From Betaproteobacteria bacterium (lineage in GTDB: Bacteria; Pseudomonadota; Gammaproteobacteria; Burkholderiales; SG8-41): a stretch of DNA of 64,000 nt. Numbering within the stretch: the stretch's first letter is position 1; each line of letters starts with the position of its first letter. This document shows positions 42,520 through 53,663 of this stretch, piece by piece. Made by a program: the position numbers and the translations under genes. Location of the stretch: the NCBI GenBank assembly GCA_025363435.1, contig JANYDY010000039.1, forward strand, positions 10,093 to 74,092. Direction: 5' to 3'. The notes under the pieces are model-generated. The model worked only from the letters and a program-made list of their open reading frames with translations, did not search any database and was not told the origin of the DNA.

Positions 42520-43914
42520 CTAGTAGCGGCCGGGCGATGCGAAATTTTCGAAACGCGTGTATTTTCCCATGAAGGTCAGCTTGACCGTATCGATCGGGCC
42601 GTTACGCTGCTTTGCGACGATGATTTCAGCGGCGCCCTTGTCCGGAGACTCAGGGTTATAAACCTCGTCGCGATAAATAAACATGATCAGGTCAGCATCC
42701 TGCTCAATGGCGCCTGATTCCCGCAGATCCGACATGACGGGTCGTTTGTTCGGCCGCTGTTCAAGGCCGCGATTCAACTGCGATAGCGCCATCACCGGCA
42801 CATTGAGTTCCTTGGCAACGGATTTGAGCGCCCGTGAAATCTCGGCAACCTCAGTGGCGCGATTCTCAGTGCTGTTGCCGGTTTCCATCAACTGCAAATA
42901 ATCGACGACGATCAGGCCCAGCCCGGGACCGCCACACTGGCGTGCCAGGCGTCGCGCGCGACCGCGTAACTCGCTCGGATTGAGCATGCCCGATTCGTCG
43001 ATATGGATAGGCGCGTCGTTAAGCCGGCCGACAGCGCTCGTCAGCTTCTGCCAGTCTTCGTCATTGAGTGCGCCGGTGCGCATGCGCTGCTGATCAAGCC
43101 GCCCCAGTGAACCCAGCATACGCATCACCAACTGCGTGCCACTCATTTCCATGCTGAAGATCGCCGCCGGCATGCCAACGTTCAGCGCGACATGTTCGGC
43201 TATATTCAGGGCGAAAGCTGTCTTGCCCATACTGGGACGCCCGGCGACGACAACCAGATCGCCCGGTTGCAATCCCGACGTCAGGCGGTCTAGATCAGTG
43301 AATCCGGTTGAAATTCCGGTGACGTCGCCGGGATTGTCGCGCTTGTAGAGGGTATCGATACGCTCAACAACTTTTGTCAGCAGCGGTTGAATGTCGCTGA
43401 AGCCTTGCTGGCCGCGCGCGCCGGCTTCGGCAATCGCAAAAATCTCCTTCTCCGCCTGGTCAAGAAGATCCTTGGCAGACCGTCCAAGCGGTGAAAACAC
43501 CGACTCCGTGATGCCTGTCGACACCGCTGCCAGGCGGCGCATGATCGAACGCTCACGGACAATTTCCGCATAACGCCGGATGTTTGCCGCGCTCGGCGTA
43601 TTGACTGCCAGCGAACCGATATAGGCACGGCCTCCAACCTCTTCCAGCTTGCCGCTGCGCTCGAGGCTCTCAGTCACCGTCAGCGCGTCCGCCGGTTTGT
43701 TGTCGTCGATCATATCGGCGATATGGCGATAGATTTGACGGTGGTCGGCACGATAGAAATCGGCATCGGTCAGCACGTCGCCGATTTTTTCCCACGCCGT
43801 GTTGTCGAGCAGAAGCCCGCCGAGCACCGACTGCTCGGCTTCGAGCGAATGCGGCGGCAGCTTCAGCGCATCGATTTGAGGGTCACGGGTAAGCGGTGTA
43901 ACGGCCTGGGCCAT
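42520..43914 (-). CDS. dnaB: Replicative DNA helicase DnaB
   Basis: Trimmed to the ATG at 43914. Motifs seen: PPHSLEAEQSVLGGLLLDN, Walker A AGRPSMGKTAF and IIVAKQRNGP. Confidence 0.97.
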   Translation of the reverse strand: MAQAVTPLTRDPQIDALKLPPHSLEAEQSVLGGLLLDNTAWEKIGDVLTDADFYRADHRQIYRHIADMIDDNKPADALTVTESLERSGKLEEVGGRAYIGSLAVNTPSAANIRRYAEIVRERSIMRRLAAVSTGITESVFSPLGRSAKDLLDQAEKEIFAIAEAGARGQQGFSDIQPLLTKVVERIDTLYKRDNPGDVTGISTGFTDLDRLTSGLQPGDLVVVAGRPSMGKTAFALNIAEHVALNVGMPAAIFSMEMSGTQLVMRMLGSLGRLDQQRMRTGALNDEDWQKLTSAVGRLNDAPIHIDESGMLNPSELRGRARRLARQCGGPGLGLIVVDYLQLMETGNSTENRATEVAEISRALKSVAKELNVPVMALSQLNRGLEQRPNKRPVMSDLRESGAIEQDADLIMFIYRDEVYNPESPDKGAAEIIVAKQRNGPIDTVKLTFMGKYTRFENFASPGRY

Positions 43915-44009
43915 CGAGTGTGCCGATCGTAAGAATCCGGGGGCGCTGCAAAGGATTTTTGCAGAAGTCTGGCGGCACGCAACAACCACACCGCAAGCTG
44001 CAATTTACC

Positions 44010-44041
44010 AAAAAAAAGGGCTGTCGCCAGCCCTTTTTTTG
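44010..44041 (-). terminator. Rho-independent terminator after rplI (symmetric A8-hairpin-T7)
   Basis: AAAAAAAA-GGGCTG-TCGC-CAGCCC-TTTTTTT. It lies 30 nt downstream of the rplI stop and separates the rpsF operon from dnaB. Confidence 0.8.
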
Positions 44042-44070
44042 TTACCTGATTTCGGTCGAAAAAACAGCGT

Positions 44071-44523
44071 TTAAGCCTGTTCTCCCAGGACTGAAACCTT
44101 GATCGAGACAACGACGTCGGCGTGCAAAGCCACGTTCACAGTCTGATCGCCGATTTGTTTAATCGGCCCGAGCGGCATGCGTATCGCGGCACGCGGCACA
44201 TCGAAACCCTGCGCCTTTAACGCTTCAGCGATATCGATATTCGTCACCGAACCGAACAGCTTGCCGTCGACACCGGCTTTTTGCGAGATTTGAACCATCA
44301 GCCCGTCGAGCTTGGCGGCACGTTCCTGCGCCTGCTGCAGCGTTTCGGCCTGCGCCTTCTCCAGCTCGGCGCGGCGTTTTTCAAACTCGGCCAGATTGGC
44401 CTGCGTCGCACGCTTGGCCTTGCCCTGCGGGATCAGATAATTCCGCGCGAAACCGTCTTTTACTTTGACGACGTCGCCGAGCTGGCCCAGATTGGGCAGT
44501 TTTTCCATCAATATGATTTGCAT
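44071..44523 (-). CDS. rplI: 50S ribosomal protein L9
   Basis: 150 aa with [36 protein letters not shown]. Confidence 0.97.
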   Translation of the reverse strand: MQIILMEKLPNLGQLGDVVKVKDGFARNYLIPQGKAKRATQANLAEFEKRRAELEKAQAETLQQAQERAAKLDGLMVQISQKAGVDGKLFGSVTNIDIAEALKAQGFDVPRAAIRMPLGPIKQIGDQTVNVALHADVVVSIKVSVLGEQA

Positions 44524-44533
44524 GCGTATCCCC

Positions 44534-44815
44534 TTAGTGCAGGTCGGTGAACGGCAGCAGCGCGAGAAAACGCGCGCGACGGATCGCCGTACTCAATTGA
44601 CGCTGATAGTGCGCCTTGGTACCGGTGATGCGAGCCGGCATGATCTTGCCGTTCTCGTTGATGAAATCCTTCAATACACCGATGTCCTTGTAGTCGATTT
44701 GCTTGATCTTCTCGACCGTGAAGCGACAGAACTTCTTGCGACGGAACAGGTTTTTCGAACCGCGTTTCTTGTCCTTGTCGTTCTTGCCTTTGCCCTTGCC
44801 TCTTGAAAATGCCAT
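44534..44815 (-). CDS. rpsR: 30S ribosomal protein S18
   Basis: 93 aa with [35 protein letters not shown]. Confidence 0.97.
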   Translation of the reverse strand: MAFSRGKGKGKNDKDKKRGSKNLFRRKKFCRFTVEKIKQIDYKDIGVLKDFINENGKIMPARITGTKAHYQRQLSTAIRRARFLALLPFTDLH

Positions 44816-44838
44816 CGTAATCTCCTTGAATCCTGATT

Positions 44839-45144
44839 TTATTCAGCGCCGCTACTTGAATCGATTTCTGTCACACGCAACAGCAACTTCGTGTTTCCCA
44901 CACTGTTGCGCGCCAAAAACCCCTTCACTTGCAACGGCTGATTAATTTTCACTTTCTCTATCCTGACCGCCAGCTCGCCGACTGCTACCGCATCCACATC
45001 GCACTGCACCTTGCGTTTTGTTCCTGCCTCGTTTTGCACAGAACCATGTGCAATCACAAAATCAACGACGGGAATACCGGCCGGTGTGTAACGAAGTGCG
45101 CTGCGTTTCGCCAATCGACCGCCAATGACGGCCTCATTGCGCAT
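44839..45144 (-). CDS. priB: Primosomal replication protein N (PriB)
   Basis: 101 aa with an OB-fold pattern. It sits between rpsF and rpsR, the canonical rpsF-priB-rpsR-rplI operon. Confidence 0.88.
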   Translation of the reverse strand: MRNEAVIGGRLAKRSALRYTPAGIPVVDFVIAHGSVQNEAGTKRKVQCDVDAVAVGELAVRIEKVKINQPLQVKGFLARNSVGNTKLLLRVTEIDSSSGAE

Positions 45145-45147
45145 CCG

Positions 45148-45576
45148 TTACGTGCGTGCTGTTTCCGGTGCCGCTGCTACAGGAGGCGCGGCTGCAGGCG
45201 CAGTTGCAGGCGCAGCTCGCGCTGCTCCGTCCGGCGCACCGGTGAGCGAACGCGATTTTTCTTCCTTCATCATCGGCGACGGTGCCGTATGCGCTTCCGT
45301 CATTTTCACGGTCAGGTGGCGCAGCACTGCGTCATTGAATTTGAAGGAATGCTCGAGTTCTTCAAGCACGTCGGTGCCGCACTCGATATTCATCAGCACA
45401 TAGTGTGCTTTGTGCAGCTTCTGGATCGGGAATGCCATCTGACGCCGGCCCCAGTCTTCGAGGCGGTGTATCTTGCCGCCCTTGGCGGTGACCATCGAGC
45501 GGTAGCGCTCGACCATCCCGGGGACCTGTTCACTCTGGTCGGGGTGTACGATGAACACGATTTCATAATGTCGCAT
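45148..45576 (-). CDS. rpsF: 30S ribosomal protein S6
   Basis: Trimmed to the ATG at 45576 ([18 protein letters not shown]...), preceded by AAGGAG. It has an Ala/Pro-rich C-terminal tail. Confidence 0.96.
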   Translation of the reverse strand: MRHYEIVFIVHPDQSEQVPGMVERYRSMVTAKGGKIHRLEDWGRRQMAFPIQKLHKAHYVLMNIECGTDVLEELEHSFKFNDAVLRHLTVKMTEAHTAPSPMMKEEKSRSLTGAPDGAARAAPATAPAAAPPVAAAPETART

Positions 45577-45634
45577 GCAAAATCTCCTTATGGGCTGGTG
45601 AGGCCTCCCGTTATGCGAAGACGGTGAGGCAAGG

Positions 45635-45657
45635 AAAATCGCCGCACAAGGCGGCGA
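45635..45657 (-). promoter_or_regulatory. Terminator-like hairpin inside the predicted rpsF 5' leader
   Basis: Reverse strand reads TCGCCGC-CTTGT-GCGGCGA followed by TTTTCC. It lies between the candidate promoter (45669-45697) and the rpsF ATG (45576). Confidence 0.4.
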
Positions 45658-45668
45658 AAGAGGGGCGA

Positions 45669-45697
45669 ATTCTACAGAAAAGTCAGGAAGATAGCAA
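45669..45697 (-). promoter_or_regulatory. Candidate sigma70 promoter of the rpsF-priB-rpsR-rplI operon
   Basis: Reverse strand reads TTGCTA-N17-TAGAAT. The -35 is at 45697-45692 and the -10 at 45674-45669. Confidence 0.5.
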
Positions 45698-45698
45698 C

Positions 45699-45717
45699 GG
45701 CGCGCGGACACGTTACC
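45699..45717. repeat. Direct repeat copy 1 (GGCGCGCGGACACGTTACC), abutting the rpsF -35
   Basis: A 19-nt exact match to 45798-45816. Similarity continues imperfectly for about 18 more nt (xGCGCAxxxGGCCGxT). Confidence 0.8.
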
Positions 45718-45797
45718 TGCGCAGGCGGCCGTTTGCGGGTAGCGCGCCACGCACTCGCTTCGCCCCTCCCTTTATTACCCGAATGCCTCGTTGCGAG

Positions 45798-45816
45798 GGC
45801 GCGCGGACACGTTACC
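45798..45816. repeat. Direct repeat copy 2 (GGCGCGCGGACACGTTACC), about 20 nt downstream of the tpsB-like stop
   Basis: Exact 19-nt match to 45699-45717, with a 99-nt period. Confidence 0.8.
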
Positions 45817-45837
45817 GGCGCAACCGGCCGCTACCAA

Positions 45838-47463
45838 CTAGAACTGGATAGCCACCGTGGCGTTGAGCATCTGGTCGTTTTTCGCCTGATTACCGGCGGA
45901 ATCAATGACATTGGCCCAATCCAGGCGCATGGTCAGATGCTTGCCGTAGCCCATTCTGGCGCCGAAGCCAACCGCGGAACCGCCCGCCCCCTTCGACAGG
46001 TCACCGAGCTGCAGGCTGTTGCGCCCGGTCGCGCCGACGTCGTAGAAACCCAGCAAACGCAGTTTGACGTCCTTCAGATTGAATTTGCCGCCGAGATCCG
46101 GTGTGTAAACCTCAAACTGGGCGGAATAGCCCTTGTCATTGGAGACTTCGCGAATATTGAAGCCGCGCACCGAGTCCGGACCGCCGTAGCCGAATTGCTC
46201 GCCGGCTACCAGCGCATCGTCGCTGTACTGCCCGGTCGCCACGGCGCGAAACTGCCATTCCTGCGCAAACACCCGCGTGTAATTCGCGCCGATGCGCCAG
46301 ATCCGGTAATCGGCGGTTGCATCCGCACGCGACGCCTTGAAATCGCTGTCCGCGCCGTCGTTGCCGCCATGAAACAGATTGCGCGAGTAGCTGACGTTAA
46401 AACCGGCCTCTGAATTGGTCATCCGCCACAGGCCGTTATAGGTAAGACTCGCCGGGTGTATGGTGATATCCGGCACGAGGCCGCCACCAATACCAACCAG
46501 CGTCACATTATTCTTGAACGCGCGATAGTCAAGCCCGGCGGCAACGCGATGTTCGTATTCACCGAATTTCGGCAAATGAATGTTGTATCGCGCGCCCAGA
46601 ATAGTGCCGCTGCCGCTGACGTTAAAGAGCCCCTGCAGCGTTCCCGAACTGACGTCCGAATAGCCGCCGAAAACGTCGATAGAACTGTTCAGATCGTAAA
46701 GCGGAATGCGGTAGCCGGCGCCGAAAATTGAAACCTTGTTCGGGTTCTCGGGCGACGTCACATATTGGAAGCTGCCAACGTGATCGCGGTTGAAAAGATT
46801 CGAGTGCTGCACAGCGATGCCGGTGCGAAAGCGCCCCGTTTCATTGCTGCCCGAATTGTCTGCGGTGAAAACGAATTTGTACGGCCGCTCATCAACCACC
46901 TTAATCGACGCATCGACTTCGCGATCGTTAGCGCCGGCCTTCAGCAACAAGGTGGTCTGCTTGCTCGGATTCTCGGTCAACAACTGCAGATTCTGCGCGA
47001 TGCTACGCGAGTTGGGGGTTTCCCCCGGCTTCAGAACCGGCAGGCTGCGCCGTATATTGCCTTCGTCATAAAACTGGTTGCCCTCGACGCTGATTTTGCC
47101 GATGCGCGGCTCGATCACGCGCAGCTTGACGACACCCTTTGTAATGTCCTGCTCGGGCAGCAGAACCTGCACGACACCGTAACCGCGATCGCGATATACG
47201 CCCTCAAGCACCTCAAGCGCGCGCTGGATATCGCTGAAATCCTTCTGCGTACCGGTAAAACCGGTGACCGCCGCGTCAATTTCAGCGGGCTTGAGCAGGG
47301 TATTGCCGTCAACCTCAAAGCGGTTGATCGCAAAACGCGGCGCGACGGACTCTGCCGCCGGCGCATCCGCCGCATGCACGACCGATACCGCGCTTGCCGC
47401 CATCAAGGCACTGGCTACGCAAAGCGCAATATTTCGTCGCAAGTGTTTTCCGACCAATTCCAT
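45838..47463 (-). CDS. ShlB/FhaC/HecB-family two-partner-secretion outer-membrane transporter (TpsB)
   Basis: Trimmed to the ATG at 47463. Signal peptide ...ALMAASAVSVVHA is followed by a POTRA-like region FAINRFEVDGNTLL...GVVKLRVIEPRIGKISVEGN and a beta-barrel with alternating pattern ending ...LNATVAIQF (terminal Phe). Confidence 0.85.
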   Translation of the reverse strand: MELVGKHLRRNIALCVASALMAASAVSVVHAADAPAAESVAPRFAINRFEVDGNTLLKPAEIDAAVTGFTGTQKDFSDIQRALEVLEGVYRDRGYGVVQVLLPEQDITKGVVKLRVIEPRIGKISVEGNQFYDEGNIRRSLPVLKPGETPNSRSIAQNLQLLTENPSKQTTLLLKAGANDREVDASIKVVDERPYKFVFTADNSGSNETGRFRTGIAVQHSNLFNRDHVGSFQYVTSPENPNKVSIFGAGYRIPLYDLNSSIDVFGGYSDVSSGTLQGLFNVSGSGTILGARYNIHLPKFGEYEHRVAAGLDYRAFKNNVTLVGIGGGLVPDITIHPASLTYNGLWRMTNSEAGFNVSYSRNLFHGGNDGADSDFKASRADATADYRIWRIGANYTRVFAQEWQFRAVATGQYSDDALVAGEQFGYGGPDSVRGFNIREVSNDKGYSAQFEVYTPDLGGKFNLKDVKLRLLGFYDVGATGRNSLQLGDLSKGAGGSAVGFGARMGYGKHLTMRLDWANVIDSAGNQAKNDQMLNATVAIQF

Positions 47464-47676
47464 AGCGTCGCCAGGCGCCTTCAGTTCAAAACTGGTTGAG
47501 AATATACATGTATTCCAATGAATTAACAACGTTTTTACGCTGAGTATACAACCGGAAATGCGACGAGTTTCGCCGCGCTGCAAGGTGGGAGATCAAGCAT
47601 TCCACTGATTTTTCGTAAAATTCCCGAAAAATGTCCGGAAATGGACAACGACGCAGCCTGGCAAAACCCGCTACGC

Positions 47677-48426
47677 TCAGCCAGCGGGCCGCGACTTGCG
47701 CTGCCGCGCGGTTTCGAACAGACATACGCCGGCCGCCATCGAAACATTAAGACTCTCAACCGTGCCCGCCATCGGGATGCGCACCAGCTCATCACAATGT
47801 TCACGCGTAAGTCGCCGCATGCCCTCGCCTTCGGCGCCCAGCACCCAAGCCAGCGGCCCTTCAAGGCGCGCGTCGTAGAGCGATACCTCGGCGTGTTCAT
47901 CAGTGCCGATAATCCAGACCCCGGCCTCTTTCAATTCGCGCAGCGTGCGGGCGAGATTGGTGATGGTGATATATGGAACAGTTTCGGCGGCGCCGCTGGC
48001 AACCTTGGAAACCACCGGCGTGATGCCGACCGCTCTGTCCTTGGGCGCGACAACCGCATGCACCCCGAATGCATCGGCAACGCGCAGACAGGCGCCCAGA
48101 TTATGCGGATCCTGCACGCCATCGAGAACCAGCAACAAAGCCGCCTTGCCGGCGTCTTCAACCACACCGTCAAGATCGTGCCGCAGCGCGGCGACCGCGA
48201 CACGCGCGGCGACGCCCTGATGTCGCGCGTTACCGGTCAGGCCGTCGAGTCGTTTCGCGTCTACCGGAATGACACGCGCGCTGCGTTCGGCCGCAAGCTT
48301 GCCGAGATCACGCGCCCGCCCGTCCTGGCGTGACGCCTCGAGATAAATTTCCTGTATGCCCGCGGCGTCCTGCCGCAGGCGGCTGGTCACCGCATGAAAA
48401 CCGTAAATGATGCGTGTGTCGCTCAT
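47677..48426 (-). CDS. rlmB: 23S rRNA (guanosine2251-2'-O)-methyltransferase RlmB
   Basis: 249 aa with the SpoU/TrmH motifs LLLVLDGVQDPHNLGACLR and AWVLGAEGEGMR...IPMAGTVESLNVS. It lies downstream of rnr, as usual. Confidence 0.93.
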   Translation of the reverse strand: MSDTRIIYGFHAVTSRLRQDAAGIQEIYLEASRQDGRARDLGKLAAERSARVIPVDAKRLDGLTGNARHQGVAARVAVAALRHDLDGVVEDAGKAALLLVLDGVQDPHNLGACLRVADAFGVHAVVAPKDRAVGITPVVSKVASGAAETVPYITITNLARTLRELKEAGVWIIGTDEHAEVSLYDARLEGPLAWVLGAEGEGMRRLTREHCDELVRIPMAGTVESLNVSMAAGVCLFETARQRKSRPAG

Positions 48427-48447
48427 GTGCTATTCCGTCGATTCCGC

Positions 48448-50691
48448 TCAATCGTCGAGCACAAAATCGATTTTGCTGGTTTCGATATCGACGCGCACGA
48501 CCTTCACGCGCACGCGGTCACCGATACGGTAGCGTTTTGCCGTGCGCTCGCCGAGCAGCAGGTGCTTGGCCGGATCAAAATGAAAATAATCGCTGCCCAG
48601 ATCGGAGACATGCACCAGCCCCTCGACATATAAACCGTCGAGCGAGACGAATATTCCGAATGCCACCGCCGAACTGACCGTACCATCAAACGACTCACCG
48701 ACACGATCGCGCATGTAATAGCATTTGAGCCAGGCATCAACGTCGCGTGTTGCTTCATCGGCGCGGCGTTCCGTCATCGAACAATGTCCGCCCAATTCCT
48801 GCCAACTGCCCGGATTGTATTTCTTGCCCGCGAGCACTGCCTTGATTGCACGGTGCACCAGCAGATCGGGATAACGACGGATCGGCGAGGTGAAATGCGT
48901 GTAACCCTCGTAGGCCAACCCGAAGTGGCCGAGATTGTCCGGGCTGTAGACGGCCTGGCGCAGGGAACGCAACATCACGGTCTGCAATAACTGCGCATCC
49001 GGACGGCCCTTGCATTTGGCCAGCACCTCGGCGTAATCGCGCGCCTGCGGCTTCTCGCCGCCACCGACCTGCAAACCGAAACCGCCGAGGAACTGGCGCA
49101 GTCCGGCGAGACGTTCCGGCGTCGGCCCTTCGTGCACGCGGTAGAGAACCGGATGACCGGCGCGCTGCAGAAAACCGGCGGTGCAAACGTTGGCCGCCAG
49201 CATGCATTCCTCGATCAGGCGGTGCGCATCGTTGCGCACGACCGGCACGATACGTTCGATTTTTCCGTTGGCATCGAAAATCATCTGCGTTTCGGTGCTG
49301 TCGAAATCAATCGCGCCGCGACGCAGCCGCGACTTCAGCAGCAGTTGGTACAAAGCGTGCAAATGCTGCAGGTGCGGCAACAGACGTTTGTTCTGCAGGG
49401 CGAGACTGCCTTTGGGCTCGGCCAGCATCGCCGCCACCGCGGTATAGGTGAGCCGCGCATGCGACCACATCACTGCCGCATAAAATGTGTAGTCGGTAAT
49501 CTCGCCGCGGTTGTCGATCGTCATGTCGCACACCATGCACAGGCGGTCGACTTCCGGATTGAGCGAGCACAAACCGTTCGATAAAACCTCGGGCAGCATC
49601 GGAATAACACGGCGCGGAAAGTACACCGAGTTACCGCGGTTTTTCGCCTCGGCATCCAGCGCATCACCGGGCACGACGTAATGACTGACGTCGGCAATGG
49701 CGACAACCAGACGAAAACCCTTGCCCTTCGGTTCGGCGTAAACGGCATCGTCGAAATCGCGCGCGGTTTCGCCATCGATGGTCACCAGCGGCAGTTTGCG
49801 CACATCGGTGCGCCCCGCCATGTCCTGCTTTGAAACCTTGGGCACGATGGCTGCAGATGCACGTTCAACCGCCGGCGGAAAGATATACGGCAGGTCGTGC
49901 TTGCGCAGCGCGATCTCGATTTCCATGCCGGGGTCGGCATAATTGCCGAGCACCTCAACGACGCGGGCAACCGGCCGCACATGCGGCGCCGGCTGCTCGA
50001 TGATTTCAGCAACCACCACGTTGCCCGGCTTGGCTTTCATCGATTCGCCCGGCGGCACCAGAAAGTCCTGACTGATGCGTTTGTTTTCCGCGATCACGAT
50101 AAGAATACCGTGCTCGCTATGCAAGCGACCGACTACACGCAGATTCGCGCGCGTCAGCACTTCAACGATTTTTCCTTCCGGTCTGCCACGCCGGTCGAGC
50201 CCCGACTCGCGCGCGGCCACACGGTCGCCGTGCAAAACCTTGGCCATCTCATGCGGCCCAAGAAAAAGATCGGGACCTTTATCGTCGCGCGTCAAAAAGC
50301 CGAATCCGTCCGGATGTCCCTGCACGGCGCCGGTAATCAGGTCAAGCTTGGTGACGACACAGATGGCGTCGCGCCGGTTGCGCATGATCTGGCCCTCGCG
50401 CTGCATGGCCGAGAGGCGCCGCTCAAAACCTTCCTGTTCGCTGGCGGTGACGTGCAACAGCTTCTGCAGCAATGCATCACTGACAGGCACACCCTGTGCG
50501 TTGAGCGTTTCCAGAATCAGTTCACGGCTTGGTACCGGCTCTTCATATTTGCGCTGTTCGCGCGAAAGATGCGGATCAACACGCCGCCCGGCACCAGGAA
50601 CTGACGCGATTTTTGTCGACTGCAACGTGGCGCCAGCGCGACGCTTGCGCGGTTTTTCGTCTTTGCGCCGGCTTGGTGTCGATTTCTTCAT
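48448..50691 (-). CDS. rnr: Ribonuclease R
   Basis: Trimmed to the ATG at 50691; the longer ORF would overlap the tRNA gene. It has a basic N-terminus, the RNB domain motif HFGLAYEGYTHFTSPIRRYPDLLVHR, and a C-terminal S1 domain. Confidence 0.96.
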   Translation of the reverse strand: MKKSTPSRRKDEKPRKRRAGATLQSTKIASVPGAGRRVDPHLSREQRKYEEPVPSRELILETLNAQGVPVSDALLQKLLHVTASEQEGFERRLSAMQREGQIMRNRRDAICVVTKLDLITGAVQGHPDGFGFLTRDDKGPDLFLGPHEMAKVLHGDRVAARESGLDRRGRPEGKIVEVLTRANLRVVGRLHSEHGILIVIAENKRISQDFLVPPGESMKAKPGNVVVAEIIEQPAPHVRPVARVVEVLGNYADPGMEIEIALRKHDLPYIFPPAVERASAAIVPKVSKQDMAGRTDVRKLPLVTIDGETARDFDDAVYAEPKGKGFRLVVAIADVSHYVVPGDALDAEAKNRGNSVYFPRRVIPMLPEVLSNGLCSLNPEVDRLCMVCDMTIDNRGEITDYTFYAAVMWSHARLTYTAVAAMLAEPKGSLALQNKRLLPHLQHLHALYQLLLKSRLRRGAIDFDSTETQMIFDANGKIERIVPVVRNDAHRLIEECMLAANVCTAGFLQRAGHPVLYRVHEGPTPERLAGLRQFLGGFGLQVGGGEKPQARDYAEVLAKCKGRPDAQLLQTVMLRSLRQAVYSPDNLGHFGLAYEGYTHFTSPIRRYPDLLVHRAIKAVLAGKKYNPGSWQELGGHCSMTERRADEATRDVDAWLKCYYMRDRVGESFDGTVSSAVAFGIFVSLDGLYVEGLVHVSDLGSDYFHFDPAKHLLLGERTAKRYRIGDRVRVKVVRVDIETSKIDFVLDD

Positions 50692-50734
50692 TTGACAACA
50701 GAGCCTTTTGTGATTAAATTTGCCCGCCTTGTAT

Positions 50735-50821
50735 GCCCGGGTGGCGGAATTGGTAGACGCACATGGTTCAGGTCCATGCGGTGGTAACACTGTGGGGGTT
50801 CGAGTCCCTTCCCGGGCACCA
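50735..50821 (+). tRNA. tRNA-Leu (anticodon CAG), class II, CCA encoded
   Basis: GCCCGGGTGGCGGAATTGGTAGACGCACATGGTTCAGGTCCATGCGGTGGTAACACTGTGGGGGTTCGAGTCCCTTCCCGGGCACCA. The acceptor stem GCCCGGG/CCCGGGC is perfect and the anticodon arm is CATGG-TTCAGGT-CCATG. Confidence 0.93.
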
Positions 50822-50883
50822 CAAGACAGGCTTCAGATTTGAGGATAGCGTTTTCGTCCTCACTTCTTTCTGAATCCCGGATT

Positions 50884-53380
<2,497 letters not shown>

Positions 53381-53447
53381 GGGAAGTCAAAAGGCTGAAA
53401 AAACGCCTAGAAGCATACACTTGAATTGGTCCGGCGGCGATGCCGGA

Positions 53448-53633
53448 TTACCAGAAAAACACCAGCATCATGACGCCGGCAAGCATCGAGCTAAGTCCGA
53501 TAAATCGAATCTGCCCGTCGGACAACTCAGTCACACGCCGGAATGTATCCCGCCACACGCGCGGCGCCACGAATGGCAGTATGCCTTCAATAACCAGCAT
53601 CAAAGCGAGGGCGGCAAGCAGCGTATCAGCCAA
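53448..53633 (-). CDS. DUF2065-like small membrane protein
   Basis: 61 aa with two hydrophobic helices (LVIEGILPFVAP...FIGLSSMLAGVMMLVFFW). It sits in the conserved slot between hflC and hisZ. Confidence 0.7.
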   Translation of the reverse strand: MADTLLAALALMLVIEGILPFVAPRVWRDTFRRVTELSDGQIRFIGLSSMLAGVMMLVFFW

Positions 53634-53663
53634 AGGGTCCGCACCGATCGAACATCCACCGGG

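Noticed and set aside
47486-47725. 79-aa ORF (-) just upstream of the TpsB gene, considered as a possible small secreted partner or leader peptide.
   Set aside because: Its only start codon lies inside the rlmB coding region. It has no signal peptide or TPS-like motif, and its sequence is basic and low-information. It is most likely a chance frame through the AT-rich spacer.
50692-50790. N-terminal extensions of ORF-track entries: rnr to 50790, purA to 52485, rpsF to 45750, cysS to 38189, dnaB to 43989, rlmE to 11167, yhbY from 11072, GST from 32662 and XdhC-like to 29820.
   Set aside because: The extensions overlap a tRNA gene or neighbouring genes, often begin at non-ATG codons, and precede the conserved family N-terminus, which starts at an internal ATG with a plausible ribosome-binding site.
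50735-50883. tRNA-Leu genes as integration hot spots: I looked for an integrase, direct repeats of the tRNA 3' end, or an island next to either tRNA.
   Set aside because: Both tRNAs are flanked within about 120 nt by core genes (nuoA/secG and rnr/purA). There is no integrase and no duplicated tRNA 3' segment.
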